Shown here in pieces: positions 36,471-50,225 of a stretch of 64,000 bases of DNA (positions are counted from its first letter, which is position 1; every line of letters starts with the position of its first letter). The notes under the pieces are model-generated. The model saw nothing but the letters and a program-made list of their open reading frames with translations, made no database searches and was not told the origin of the DNA. A program made the position numbers and the translations under genes. Source of the DNA: Chiloscyllium plagiosum. Taxonomy: Eukaryota. Location of the stretch: positions 24,760,979 through 24,824,978 of the forward strand of contig NC_057749.1 in assembly GCF_004010195.1 (NCBI RefSeq), in the 5' to 3' direction.

Positions 36471-38282
36471 ATTTTGGAAGTGAAAATATTTCAGCGAGAT
36501 TTCTTTGTAGTTTGATAGCACTTGGGGTGAGCGGAGATTGGGAGCTCGATGGAGACTTGTACCTTCTTGCAATCTTCGCATTGTGAAACTCTCAAAGTTT
36601 CAAGGTCTGACCCGTATAGACTGGACAAAGTGCTGCAAGGAGGAGAACACGTTGTGGGCAGGTCCAGCAACGAAACAGTCACCTGACACGAGAGTCGCTG
36701 GCAGATTTTTGGAGCATGGATCCCCTGCAACTAGAGAGCTCACTTATATCGCCACACGGACTGCACGTAAGCTCAGTGCTTTTAAGCACTTGGAGAGTTA
36801 TGAGATGTGATGGCTCCAGTGGAGTGTGCAAATGGAAGTATGTGGCATGAGGTGGCCTTTGGGACCAACAGGAGTATTTAGCGGAATAGAAAATGGACGC
36901 TAAGTGGGGGACCAGGCTTTTACGTGTCAGAGTGAGTCAAGGTAGTGGATGTGAGGTGTTAAATATAGTCAGGCCAGACTCTCAGACAGACTCAAGCTGC
37001 ATGTAACCAAACACAATGCAGCCAACAGAAAAATTCAAGGACTTTTTTCTTGGATCCTATCTTCATTACTTGAAACTTACTTTTAAACTTCATTCTAATG
37101 TTTACAAACTGAGTCACAAGTGTAGGGGGAACCTGAAACACTCCTCTTAAAAAGCCTTTTGAGGTTGGGTCAATTGAGATTTTTGTGGCTGAGAGGAGTA
37201 GAATTCTATTGCACTGTGTTGTATAGATCTTAAAACAGTTGGTGTTTATGCTTCCTCTGAATTTACACTGTTCCCATTGTGTTTGACTGCGTCAATATTA
37301 TGGTATAAAGATAATGTCAGTGGCAATGTGATCCAGAGAGCCCAGGCTAATGTTGTGGGGTCAAATCCTATCATAGCAGCTGAAGACATTTACTTAAGTA
37401 AGTCTGCACTTCAAGGCTCAGCTACGTTCTGATAAAAAATTGTCATTGATTTTTGTTTCAAAGGAAATCTGTCTCACTATTGTAGGGAAAGAAATCCTTC
37501 CCCAGTTTGGTTGAAATCTGACTTCAGATCTGCAGACTGATTGTTCTGAATCCCACCAAAAATAACTTATCCCCATTCAATGGAAGAATAAGGAAATAAA
37601 AATCCTTCGATTCCTTTCTGCTTTCTGTCCTACCTACTGTTACTCCTCTTAAAACTCTCAATGATTCTTTGAGATGCTCTGTTAAAAACCACTCCCTTTG
37701 GACATCAGTCCAAACATGGCCTTATCTGGTGAGCTGTCAAGTTTTATCTGATCACATTCCCATGAGGCACCCTGGGATGTTTCATTGCATTGAAGGTGCG
37801 ACTTAAATACAAGTTGTTTCCGAAGTGCAAAAATGACTTTGGTTTATCCAGAACAGGCTGCATTATGAAATCTTTCTGAGCTGCCTCTCTGTCCCACTCC
37901 TGGCAACAGCTCCTCACCGTGACGGCAAATGTGCGAGCTCTGTAAATCCTCACAGGTGCCCTGACAGCAGAGTGGGTGCGTGTTGGAAGGTGCACCTTTG
38001 TCTTTTATTTTCTCAACTGTCAGAAATAATGTTAAGGTGCAGGGCCAAATCAAATGATCCTGCGCAGTGAGCTTAGCAGAGTGTCTGGACTTTAAAAGCT
38101 ATTGAATTTAGCTTGGGTGGCAAAATCCTGACATTTTGCAACAGCGTTACATCTGGGATGCAGCAGTGTGGGTTATTTCATGACCCCTGCATTTTTTCAA
38201 CTACTGGGTTGAGAGATGAAATAGTTGTTTATTCCTGCTACATACTGATTGAATTCTAATGTGAAACAATGTAAGAGTGAAC

Positions 38283-38505
38283 CTTGGAATCCCTGCAGTG
38301 CAGGTAGAGGCCACTTGGGCTGCCAAGTGTGTACCCACCATCCAAAGAGCACCCCAACCAGTCCCTACGCTGCAGGACAAATTAGCACGGCCAATCCGCC
38401 TGCAGGAGGAAACCCATGCAGGCATGTACAAACAGTCACCCAAGGCTGGAATCGAACCCAGGACCCTGCTGTTGTGAGGCAGCAGTGCTAACCACTGTGC
38501 CACCA
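38283..38505 (-). mobile_element. HE1-type SINE, degenerate
   Basis: Reverse-complement head GTGAGGCAGCAGTGCTAACCACTGTGCCACC. Confidence 0.8.
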
Positions 38506-40687
38506 CAATCTTTGGGGCAGAGCTTATGGCCATATGGTGACTTTTAAGCTCATCTTTATTGCGTACTTTCTGATTCTTTGACCCATTCCTTGTGTCAGGT
38601 CTAAGCTGCTATTCCCATTGTCAACCTATCCAGCACGTTCTCCTTATTTCACACGCACTATAAGATCAATAACATGCGCTCACTTGGTCACCTGTACTAG
38701 TGTCTCTTTGTCTACTTTGCTGTCAACTTCTGCCTTTCTTAAAAAGCTTTATTTGTAGCAAGGTCAGCACTTGCGAGTATGCCTGGCATATTTTATTCAT
38801 TCACAGGATTGGGACATCATTAGCCAGCTTAGCATTTATTGCCCCACTGTCAGGTAAGGGTTAACCACATTGCTGTGGGTCTGAAATCACGTGTAGGCCA
38901 GACCAAGTAAGGATGACAGTCTCAGTCCCTGAAGGGCACTAGTGAAACAGATGATTTGTTCCTCTGACAATTTCATAGACTCTTAATTTCAGATTTTTAT
39001 TGAATTCAAGTTCCACCATCTGCCACGGCAGGATTTGAACTCAGGTCCCCAGAACAATACCTTGCTCCCTGCATTAATAGCCCAGTGACAATACCATTAG
39101 GGTGTCACTCCATTGGTGCTGCGTTTGCTGAGATGCCAGTGAGCTGTCTTCTTGAGCTGCCATGGACTGTGTGCTGCATGCATACCCGTGCACTGTTAGG
39201 ATGAAGGTGACAAAACCTTTAACGCAGTGACAATGAAGGAACGGAGATATATTTCCAAGTCAGGATGGTGAGTGGAGGGGATGGCATTCTCAAGTACCTG
39301 CTGCTCTTCCACAGAATCACAGAAGACATACCGTGCCAAAAGAGGACATTTGACTCTTAGTGTCTGACCTAGCTGTCCAAACTGAGCAATGCGACTGAGT
39401 GTTATTCTCCTGCTCTCTCCCCATTACCCTGCATATTGTTTTCATCTAATGCCCCCTTGAATGTTTCAATGAAACCAGCCCTCACCACACTTCTAGCACT
39501 TTATTCCAAACTTAAATCACTTGATCCTCTTGGCTCATCTCATTCCCAAAAAACCAGGTCCAGCATGGCCTCCTTCCTTGTTGCATTTGTCACATTCCGG
39601 ATTCCAGGTGATAGAGGTCACTGGTTTGGAAGATGCCATTGAAGAACCTTAATGGTGCCCATTACGATTAGTACACCCCCCAGCTGCTGCGTCCTGCTGG
39701 TGCTGGAGATGGTTCCATGTACATGGTGGACAGACCTTGGTCATGGTGAGCGTAAGTTAGTTACCACTGAATTCTTAGCTTCTGGCATTTTTTTTCTGTC
39801 ACCACAGCATTTACGTGGGTGGTCCAGTTAAGGTTTGGATCAACGATGGTGTTCAGGATATTAATGGAGAGTGATTTTGACTGTGTGATTTTGAGAGTAC
39901 ACACATTGCTAGACTGCTTCTGCCAAGTCTCTACCCTTACCATATCGAGGAGCAACTATTCTCTCACTCTCAGCAAATCCTGGAAAATCTTCATTAATGT
40001 ACAGAATACTGTACGTTAGTTCTCTAGTCCATTCTGACTCTCAGTCTTAATAGCTCAGTTAACATTGCAACATCATGTGTGATAATATCATTGACATTCA
40101 TTTCCCAGGAATCACAAAGGATGAAGTGATTAGCCTCCCTCTGGTTGGAGGTGGGCATCGCCTAGTGCTTGTGCAGCATTGAGATTACTCGCCATGTGAT
40201 ACAGATGCTTTGCTGCCTTATAGGCACTAGCTAAATGCAACTTGCCAAATGCGTTCAGTGTTTGCACACTTGCTCAGCAAGTCCAGACTGTTCAATGCTT
40301 CACACACTGTACCATTCCGCAGCTTTAGCAGAAGACAGGCAGCAACCTACATCTGATACTCTTACTCAACAAAGAGGGGGGAGGAGGTTGATGAGGGCTT
40401 CTCATAGAAACCTCTGGATTGTCCCAGACATTCCCTAGAATCCTGTATACATGCCTGTTCCTCTGTGGGAGTGAGACACCAAACTATTGTCTGATACGTT
40501 GCTCAATCTCTCAACTAAAATACCAAGAAACGAACATTCTAATTCCATTCTTCTGCCACTCTGAGGAAACAATGAAAACACTCTTTCCTTCAAAATAATA
40601 ACATCTGCACCTCCCCAAAAAATAGCTCATGTGCCAGACTTATGCCAGTGCTAATAGCTTGCAGAATTGAAAATAAACTACAGATAA

Positions 40688-41135
40688 GTCATAGAGATGA
40701 GCAGCACAGAAACAACACATCCACGCTGACCAGATACCTTAAACTGATCTAGTCCTGTTTGCCAGCATTTGGCCCATATCCCTCTAAATCCTTCCTATTC
40801 ATATACCCACCCAGATGCCTTTTGAATGTTGTAATTGTGCCAGCCTCCACCACTTCCTCTGGCAACTCATTCCATATACGCACCACCCTCTGCATGAAAA
40901 CGTTGCCCCTTCGGTCCCTTTTAAATCTTTCCCCCTCTTACCTTCAACCTAAGGCGTCTAGTTTTAGACTTGCCTCTGCTAGGGAAAATATCTTGGCTAT
41001 TTGCCTTAACCATGCCCCTCATGATTTTATAAACCTCTATATTGTCCCCCCTCAGTCTCCGACGCTCCAGGGAACAAAGCCTGAGCCTATTCAGCCACTC
41101 CCTATATATAGTTCAAACCCTCCGATCCTGGGTCA
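40688..41135 (-). mobile_element. CR1 3' fragment
   Basis: Reverse complement of the WNELPEEVVEAG region. Confidence 0.88.
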
Positions 41136-41194
41136 GTGACCATAATTCTATTAGTATTAAATTAGTTATGTAAAAGAATAAACCTGATCTAAAG

Positions 41195-41720
41195 ACTGCC
41201 AGAGGAAGTGGTGGATGGTACAATTACAACAGTTAAAAGGCTTTTAGATGGGTATGTGAATAGGAAGGGTTTAGAGGGATATGGGCCAAACACTGGCAAA
41301 GGGACTGGGTCAGATAGGGATGTCTGGCTGGCACAGAAGAGTTGGAACAAAGTGTATGTTTCCATGCTGTTTGACTCTATGACTGTAAAGATAAAGTTCT
41401 ACATTGGAGTAAGACAAAGTTTGATGGTGTTAGGCAGGAACTTTCAAAAGTTGATTAGTAAAAGCTATTTGCAGATAAAGGGACAGTTGGAAAGTGGGAA
41501 GCCTTCAAAAATTGGGAAAACGAGAGTAAAGAGACAGTGTATTCTTGTTAGTTAGAAGGGCAAGGCTGGTAGGTGCAGAGAAATTGAGGCCCTGGTGAAG
41601 GAAAAGAAGGAGGCAAATGTCAAGTATAGACAGCTGGGATTGAGTGAATCCCTAGAGGAGAAGGAATATAGGTAAGAGGGAAATCAGGAGGGCAAAAATG
41701 GGACATAAGATAGCTTTGGA
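41195..41720 (+). mobile_element. CR1 fragments (3' end plus internal piece)
   Basis: LPEEVV..GTITT motif, CTATGACT tail, then decayed ORF2 linker. Confidence 0.7.
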
Positions 41721-42269
41721 TAATAGGGTTAAAGAGAATCCATACCACCACTGCGAGGGCTGCACTGAAATTCCACCGACACTTTCCTGACTATGTTGGA
41801 TATTAAACCTGACACCCCCAGAACAAACTTAAAAGACAAAATGTTCATAAGACATGGAAAGGACATAACAAAGTTAAAACTTCCTTCCTGTTGTCCAGTG
41901 TGGCATGTGAAATGAGAGCTGAAACTGACAGCCATCTCCAGCACTAGAGCTTCTCTGCAGCGCAGGCTACTCCATTAGAATAAATTATTCAACCAATAAT
42001 TCATGCTAGCGAAGGAAAACTGACACAATAACCCACAGGACGTCTTTATAATTCACAAAGCACAGTCATGGGAATTTTTAACTGACTGGGTGGAACAGCA
42101 CTGAATTCAGCCAGAACCTGAGCTCTGGTTCTCAGCTCAGTCTAGACTTTCAGAATATGTTTATGTGACAAAGGTGAGAGGTTTTTGAGACAAAAACTCA
42201 GGTTATAGTGACTTTGTTCCACTTCTTTTTGTCTTGGACAGCAAAGTTTCTGAACTTGAACCCCTTATT

Positions 42270-42605
42270 ATAGAATCCCTGCAGTGGGGAAGCAGGCCAT
42301 TCAGCCCATTGAGTCCACACCGACTCTCCAAAGCGCACCCCAACCAGACCCTCTCCCGTATAACCTGCATTTCCCGTGGCTAACCCACACAGCCTGCACA
42401 TCCCTGGTCTCTAGGGACCACTTAGCATAGCTATTCCACCTCAGCTGCACATCTTTGGTCTGTGGGAGGAAACTGGAGCACCTGGAGGAAACCCGCACAG
42501 ACACGGGGAGAATGTGCAAACTCCACACAGACAGTCACCCGATGGTGGAATCAAACCCGGTTTCCTGGCGCTGTGAGGGAGCAGTGCCAACCACTGTGCC
42601 ACCAT
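42270..42605 (-). mobile_element. HE1-type SINE
   Basis: Full reverse-complement body. Confidence 0.88.
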
Positions 42606-43264
42606 GTAATAATGAAACTCATAGACACATGAACGAGGAGCAGCTGTAGGCCATTCAGCCCCTCATTTGCACTGCATGAATACCAACAGTTTTGGTCCCT
42701 TATCTAAGAAACTATACTATTGTATTGGACACAGTTCAGAGAAGGTTTACTAGGATGTTCCCTGCTCTGCAAGAGCTGTCTTCTGAGCAAAGGCTACCCA
42801 GGTTGGGAATCGACTCATTGCAGCTTAGAAGATTGAGAGGTGGAAACAGTCTAAGAATAAGGGATAAGCCATTCGGGACTGAGATGAGGATGAATTTCTT
42901 CACTCAGGGAGTTGTGAACCTGTGGAATTCTCTCCCACAGGAAGCTGTTGGAGCCAGTTTGTTCGATATATCCAAGAGAGAGCTGGGCATGGTCCTTGGG
43001 GCTAAAGGGATCAAGGGGTATGGAGAGAAAGCCGGAATGGGATACTGAGATTGCAGGATCAGTCATGATCATATTGATCAGAAGTGCAGGCTCAAAGGAC
43101 CAAGTGACTAATTCCTGCAGCTACTTTCTATGTCTATGTTTCTAAACATATATGAGATTCTTAAGGAGCTTGGAGAAAGTGAGGTCTGCAGATGCTGGAG
43201 ATCAAAGTTGAAACTTTATTGCTGGAACAGCACAGCAGGTCAGGCAGCATCCAGGGAACAGGAG

Positions 43265-43300
43265 ATTCGACGTTTCGGGCACAGGCCCTTCTTCAGGAAT
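43265..43300 (-). ncRNA. Minimal type I hammerhead ribozyme motif (family A)
   Basis: ATTC-CTGAAGA-A-GGGC CTGT GCCC-GAAAC-GTC-GAAT; helix I ATTC/GAAT. Confidence 0.78.
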
Positions 43301-43484
43301 GAGCAGAGAGTGTTCAGCAGGAGAAGATAAAAGGTAGGGAGGAGGGACTTGGAGGAGGGGAGTTGGAAATGTGATAGGTGGAAAGAGGTCAAGGTGAGGG
43401 TGATAGGTCGGAGTAGGATGATCAGAGCTGAAAATGTGTTGCTGGAAAAGCGCAGCAGGTCAGGCAGCATCCAGGGAACAGGTG

Positions 43485-44060
43485 NNNNNNNNNNNNNNNN
43501 NNNNNNNNNNNNNNNNNNNNNNNNNNNNNNNNNNNNNNNNNNNNNNNNNNNNNNNNNNNNNNNNNNNNNNNNNNNNNNNNNNNNNNNNNNNNNNNNNNNN
43601 NNNNNNNNNNNNNNNNNNNNNNNNNNNNNNNNNNNNNNNNNNNNNNNNNNNNNNNNNNNNNNNNNNNNNNNNNNNNNNNNNNNNNNNNNNNNNNNNNNNN
43701 NNNNNNNNNNNNNNNNNNNNNNNNNNNNNNNNNNNNNNNNNNNNNNNNNNNNNNNNNNNNNNNNNNNNNNNNNNNNNNNNNNNNNNNNNNNNNNNNNNNN
43801 NNNNNNNNNNNNNNNNNNNNNNNNNNNNNNNNNNNNNNNNNNNNNNNNNNNNNNNNNNNNNNNNNNNNNNNNNNNNNNNNNNNNNNNNNNNNNNNNNNNN
43901 NNNNNNNNNNNNNNNNNNNNNNNNNNNNNNNNNNNNNNNNNNNNNNNNNNNNNNNNNNNNNNNNNNNNNNNNNNNNNNNNNNNNNNNNNNNNNNNNNNNN
44001 NNNNNNNNNNNNNNNNNNNNNNNNNNNNNNNNNNNNNNNNNNNNNNNNNNNNNNNNNNNN
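43485..44060. other. Assembly gap (576 N)
   Basis: Run of N. Confidence 1.
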
Positions 44061-46212
44061 GACGAAGGAATTGGGAGGATGGGATGGCGTTTTTACAGGG
44101 GGCAGGATGGGAGGAGGTGTAGTCCAGGTAGCTGTGGGAGTCGGTTGGTTTGTAGTAGATGTCCGTGTTGATTCGGTCGCCTGAGATAGAAACAGAAAGG
44201 TCTAGGAAGGGGAGGGAGGAGTCCGAGACTGTCCAGGTGAATTTGAGGTCGGGGTGGAAGGTGTTAGTGTAGTGGATGAACTGTTCAACCTCCTCGTGGG
44301 AGCACGAGGTAGCGCCGATACAGTCATCAATGTAGCGAAGAAAAAGATGGGGAGTGGGGCCAGTGTAGTTGCGGAAGATGGATTGTTCCACATACCCTAC
44401 GAAGAGGCAGGCATAGCTGGGGCCCATGCGGGTGCCCATGGCTACTCCTTTTGTTTGGAGAAAGTGGGAGGATTGGAAAGAAAAGTTAAGGAGCTTGACA
44501 AGGTAAATGTTGAGATGACGTTTCCTTTCAGATGGCATTGTCTCAGAATAAAGTGGCTCGTATTTAAGACACAGATAAGGAGGAACTTGCTCTCTCAGAA
44601 GGTTGTGAATCTTTGGAACACTCTGCTACTGAGACAAAGAGAAGAGTCTGTGTGTCTATTCAGGCTTGAGATAGATTCATGATCAGTCAAGGAACTAAGG
44701 GTTACAGGGAAATTCGACACGAGGAGTACTGGATCATCCATGATCCTGTTCACCGGTGGAGATAGGCTCGGGATGCTGAATGGCCTACTCGTGTTCCTAC
44801 TTTGATTGTCGTATGGGTGGTGACACTGATGGAGGGCCACCGGGCAAGGGAGTGGGGCAGTTTTCTGGGACCTCCACCCGTAGGTGGCGACAGTGATGGA
44901 GGACGGCTGGAGCAGTCGAATGGACTGTCGCTGGAAAAGGAAGGGTGTCTTTGGTGGGGGAGGGCTTTAGGAAAGAGGGTGGGCCAATGAACAAAGGAAA
45001 CCTAGTGTGAGTTTGTTTTCTTATCCCTAATTTCTCTTCCTGTTGGCAATGACCTGATGCTGAGGAATTAGAGTGAAGAATCTCTGTGTCTTGAATTTTT
45101 GGGCTGTCTGGATATTCAAATCTCATGTTATACTGCACTCTCCCCACATCCTCCTGTTATATATTAAATCAAACTGGTTAAGTTAAATTCAAAAGACTGA
45201 GGGGATACTTTTTAGGTGAAATGGAGGCCATCAAATTCACTGCCATTATATATCGTCCCTATATGTCCAACCATTCATTTAGTAAGAGGAACCGTGCATG
45301 GTTTAGAACAAAACTGGGTGTTAGCACTTTCTAGATCTTGTTTTACACGCTCCTGATGAAATCCAATAAAAAGAACAATCCGCCTGGATTACAAATCTTT
45401 TTGGATACCACCCTCCTCAAACTTTTTTTACGAGCGCAGTAGATGTGCAAATGTGAGTTTTGGCAAACTTGAGTATACAAACACAAAAGAGAAATGAAGT
45501 GCCAATGATTTTGGAAAACAAAATTAAACATTAGCTGGTCATTTGGCCTCTCCCATTCACGTGACCATTGAGTTTTAAGGGGTTACTTGCAACTATACAA
45601 AGCAACCTGTTCAGATGAATTACAACACAGCTTAATGGCACAGTGGACTGACACTGGACCTCTTGGTTCAGAGGTAAGTGCACTACTGCTTCAGCACATG
45701 ACCAGGGGAGACTTGTCTGCTGGACACTGACCTTGAAATGAACCTTTTCTGACGCAGTATCTTACCCTTGGCGAGTCTTGAAGTTAATTAAGCTGACAAA
45801 CAACCTACAATCTCGCAACCAGCTGCTGGTCTGTGGGTTCACTGGTTCAGTTGCTCAATAGAAGAGGGGAACTTAGAATGGAGCAACCTACCCTACCCTG
45901 TAGTGTACGTCCAAACGAAACGCCAAGCAAGCTCCAGGCTGGCAGTAAGACAACAGTTAGGAGGAGGTACCTACAGCAGTGGTGTTGACATGTCCATCAA
46001 GGTGTATACTAAATGTACCGCCTGTTTTGGGGCACGGTGGGGGGGGATATCTGGTGACCATCTCATATTCTTGTCTTTGAAAGAGCACCTTGAGATCTTT
46101 TGCGTCCACATGAGAGGGTACTAAATTTTATTTCATTTGTTTATTTATTTTTCTTCTTTCTCCTTGGTTATTTGTTGAATTGTAGTTTTAATAGTTTTTT
46201 TGTTTTTTTCGT

Positions 46213-46984
46213 GTTTCGCCAGTCTGTGGAGTAGAGTAGTAGTTTGTTTTCTATTATTGCTATTATATTATAAAGTTGTCATACTATTTTGTACTGGTTT
46301 TGTAATTTTGTAAAAAACCTAAGATCTTTTTTTCAATAAAAATATTTATAAAAACATATCAGGAGGTGCAGCCCTCCCTTCATCCTTCATTGAAGTGTCA
46401 TCTGCTTAATGTACTCACGTTCTGAGGAAGGGCCACTCAGCCTGAAATATTAACTCTGATTCCTCTCCATAGATGCTGCCAGATCTGCTGAGCTTTTCTA
46501 GCAATTTCTGTTTTTGTTTCTGATTTACAGTGTCTGCAGTTTTTTTTTAGATTCCCTACAGAGTGGGAACAGGCCCTTCAGCCCAACAAGTCCACACCGT
46601 TTCGCCAGTCTGTGGAGTAGAGTAGTAGTTTGTTTTCTATTATTGCTATTATATTATAAAGTTGTCATACTATTTTGTACTGGTTTTGTAATTTTGTAAA
46701 AAACCTAAGATCTTTTTTTCAATAAAAATATTTATAAAAACATGTCAGGAGGTGCAGCCCTCCCTTCATCCTTCATTGAAGTGTCATCTGCTTAATGTAT
46801 TCATGTTCTGAGGAAGGGCCACTCAGCCTGAAATATCAACTCTGATTCCTCTCCATAGATGCTGCCAGATCTGCTGAGCTTTTCCAGCAATTTCTGTTTT
46901 TGTTTCTGATTTACAGTGTCCGCAGTTTTTTTTTAGATTCCCTACAGAGTGGAAACAGGCCCTTCGGCCCAACAAGTCCACACC
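46213..46984. repeat. 386-bp tandem duplication of a composite repeat patchwork
   Basis: Copies 46213-46598 and 46599-46984 differ at only a few positions. Confidence 0.95.
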
Positions 46985-47225
46985 GACCCTCCGAACAGTT
47001 ACTCACCTAGACCCATTTTCCCTCTGACTAATGCAACTAACACTATGGGTAATTTAGCATGGCCACTTCACCTAACCTGCACATTTTGGTCTGTGGGAGG
47101 AAACCAACGCAGACACGGGGAGAATATGCAAACTCCACACAGACAGTCGCCCGAGGCTGGAATCGAATCTGAGTCCCTGCTGCTGTGAGGCAGCAGTGCT
47201 GACCGCTGTGCCATCGTGCCGCCCC
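46933..47225 (-). mobile_element. HE1-type SINE
   Basis: Reverse-complement tail to head. Confidence 0.88.
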
Positions 47226-47287
47226 GTCTTTTGGTTTTTAATGTATTCATGTCTCTGGGGTGAGATTTGAACCTGTAAATTTCTAAA

Positions 47288-47650
47288 CCTGAGGTAATAA
47301 AATTATGAGGGGCGTGGATAGGATAAATAGACAAAGTCTTTTCCCTGGGGTCAGGGAGTCCAGAACTAGAGGACATAGGTTTAAGGTGAGAGGGGAAAGA
47401 TATAAAAAGTGCAACTTTTTCACAGAGAGGGTGGTACGCGTATGAAATGAGCTGCCAGAGGAAGTGGTGGAGGCTGGTACAATTACAATATTTAAAAGGC
47501 ATCTGGATGGGTATATGAACAGGAAGGGTTTGGAGGGACATGGGCCGGTTGCTGGCAGGTGGGACTAGATTGGGTTGGGATATCTGGTCAGCATGGACAG
47601 GTTGGATCGAAGGGTCTGTTTCTGTGCAGTACAGCTCTATGACTCTAAGA
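47288..47650 (+). mobile_element. CR1 (HER1-like) 3' end
   Basis: SRTRGHRFKVRGERYK; CTATGACT tail. Confidence 0.9.
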
Positions 47651-48269
47651 GAGCATTAACACTTCCATCAGTCAATGCTATGGTCCTGGGATCCAATTAT
47701 TGGCATGACATTCCGACTGGTTTCAAAATTTCAAGTTAATGTTTAAGCAACAGCTGTCTCCTGCCCCCTCTCTCACTTCCCAAACTTCTGTCTGTTTATA
47801 TTTTGTGGAAATTAGGACATTTTGAAAATTCCAGTCATTGGTAATCTATCCATCACTTGTTTACGAGTGAAGTTTTGTTTGATTAAATTGCCTATGGGGA
47901 TGTGCAAGCTGGGTGGGCGAGCCGTGGAAAATGCAGGGTTACAGGGATAGGGTGCAGATGGGGTGAGGGGGGAGGTTCTGGATGGGATGCTCTTCAGAGG
48001 GTTGGTGTGAACTCGATGGGCCGAATGGCCTGCTTCCACACTGTGGGGGATTCTATGATTAAATTGTCAGAATGGTGTGAAACTTGAAAGGTTTCAGAAA
48101 AGGTTTTGCAAGAATGTTGCCAGAGTTGGAAGGTTTGAACTATAGGGAGAAGTTGAATAGGCTGGGACTGTTTTCCCTGGAGAGTCAGAGGCTGAGGGGT
48201 GACCTTATAGAGGTTTATAAAATCATGAGGGACATGGATGGGATAAATTGACATGTATTTTATGATCCT

Positions 48270-48410
48270 GTCCCACTAGCTACCTGACGAAACAGCAGCT
48301 CTTCAAAAGCTAATACGTCCAAACAAACCTATTGGACTATAACCTGGTATTGTGTGATTTTTAACTTTGTCCACCCCAGTCCAACACTAGCGCTTCCACA
48401 TTATGACTTT
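48270..48410 (+). mobile_element. Penelope-like terminus (family D), degenerate
   Basis: Homologous to 58260-58455 (AAACCTATTGGACTATAACCTGG...). Confidence 0.65.
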
Positions 48411-48799
48411 GAAACATATTTGACTTAATAATTCCACCAATACAAGGAGCCTTCTGATAATAAGTGAGCTGATCTTCATGTTTGAATTTGTACAAGCAAA
48501 TTTTGCTATAATTTCCAAAATGCCAGCCAGCCTCTAAGTCATCGTCCTTACCTTGGTTCACCTGAAAGATGTTCCTTAGGATTATCCAATCAAAACTGTT
48601 CATTTCTTAGCAATGATCTAATTCTCATTATCCTTGAGAGTCTTGATTGTTGTCTGGAAATCCAAAAGTCTATGAGAGCGTCTAATGTCCTGAAAACCTG
48701 TAAAATGGGTTAGGTGATGGCCTAACAGTTTGATTATTAATCCAGCAACCCAGGTAAGGTTTTCCAACCTGGATTCAAATCCTGTCATGGTGATATTTG

Positions 48800-49942
48800 A
48801 ATGGACTTCAGCAAGGCGTTCGACAAGGTTCCCCATGGGAGACTGATTAGCAAGGTTAGATCTCATGGAATACAGGGAGAACTAGCCATTTGGATACAGA
48901 ACTGGCTCAAAGGTAGAAGACAGAGGAGGGTGGTGGAGGGTTGTTTTTCAGACTGGAGGCCTGTGACCAGTGGAGTGCCACAAGGGTCCTTTTTGTCATT
49001 TACATAAATGATTTGGATGTGAACATAAGAGGTACAGTTAGTAAGTTTGCAGATGACACCAAAATTGGAGGGGTAGTGGACTGTGAAGACGGTTACCTCA
49101 GATTACAACAGGATCTTGACCAGATGGGCCAATGGGCTGAGAAATGGCAGATGGAGTTTAATTTAGATAAATGTGAGTTGATGCATTTTGGAAAAGCAAA
49201 TCTTAGCAGGACTTATACACTTAATAGTAAGGTCCTAGGGAGTGTTGCTGAACAAAGAAACCTTGGAGTGCAGGTTCATAGCTTGAAAATGGAGTCACAG
49301 GTAGATAGGATAGTGAAGAAGGCATTTGGTATGCTTTCCTTTATTTGTCAGAGTATTGAATACAGGGTTTGGGAGGTCATGTTGTGGCTGTACAGGACAT
49401 TGGTTAGGTTACTTTTGGAATATTGTGTGCAATTCTGGTCTCCTTCGTATTGGAAAGATGTTGTGAAACTTGAAAGGGTTCAGAAAAGATTTACAAGGAT
49501 GTTGCCAGGGAGAGGCTGAATAGACTGGGGCTGTTTTCCCTGCAGTGTTGGAGGCTGAGAGGTGACCTTATAGAGGTTTATAAAATCATGAGGGGCATGG
49601 ATAGGGTAAATGGATAATGTCTTTTCCCTGGGGTGGGGGAGCCCAGAACTAGAGGGCATAGGTTTAGGGTGAGAGGGGAAAGATATAAAAGAGACCTAAG
49701 AGGCTACTTTTTCACACAGAGGGTGGTGCGTGTATGGAATGAACTGCCAGAGGAAGTGGTGGAGCTTGGTACAATTGCAACATTTAAAAGGCATCTGGAT
49801 GGGTATATGAACAGGAAGGGTTTGGAGGGATATGGGCCGGGTGCTGGCAGGTGGGACTAGACTGGGTTGGGATATCTGGTCGGCATGGATGAGTTCGTCT
49901 GAAGGGTCTATTTCCATGCTGTACATCTCAATGACTCTCTAT
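48800..49942 (+). mobile_element. CR1 (HER1-like) RT to 3' end, inserted in a tRNA-SINE (48710-48800 and 49942-50135)
   Basis: MDFSKAFDKVPHGRL, KFADDTKIGG, LEYCVQFWSP. Confidence 0.93.
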
Positions 49943-50225
49943 GACCATGAAACCATTGCTGACTGGGGAAAATCCATCTGGTTCACTAATGTCCTTTCGG
50001 GAAGGAAACAGCCATCCTTACTTGGTCTGACCTACAGACTGACAGCACTGTAGTTGGCTCTGAACTGCCCTCTGGGTAATTAGGGATGGGCAGTAAATGC
50101 TGGCCTGCCCAGTGATGTCCACATTCAATTAATTAATAAATTAAACATTGACAGCTGCAATTTTTAACTGTGCCAGGAGGAGGCAATAGACCTTTGCATA
50201 TAGGAGTTGGGATCTCATGTTCAGC

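Larger units (their letters stand above)
43173..44485 (-). mobile_element. Penelope-like element (family A) with RT domain, spanning an assembly gap
   Basis: QTKGVAMGTRMGPSYACLF, LRYIDD, LPFLDL, YYKPTDSHSYL; TSD TTAAGGAGCTTG at 43161-43172 and 44486-44497. Confidence 0.92.
42670..44805 (+). mobile_element. Nested CR1 3' fragments hosting a Penelope element
   Basis: LDTVQRRFTRMFP, FFTQGVVNLWNSLP; host resumes after 44497. Confidence 0.75.

Noticed and set aside
43240..44538. 432-aa, 257-aa and 245-aa ORFs
   Set aside because: Lengths inflated by the N gap; only the Penelope RT portion is real
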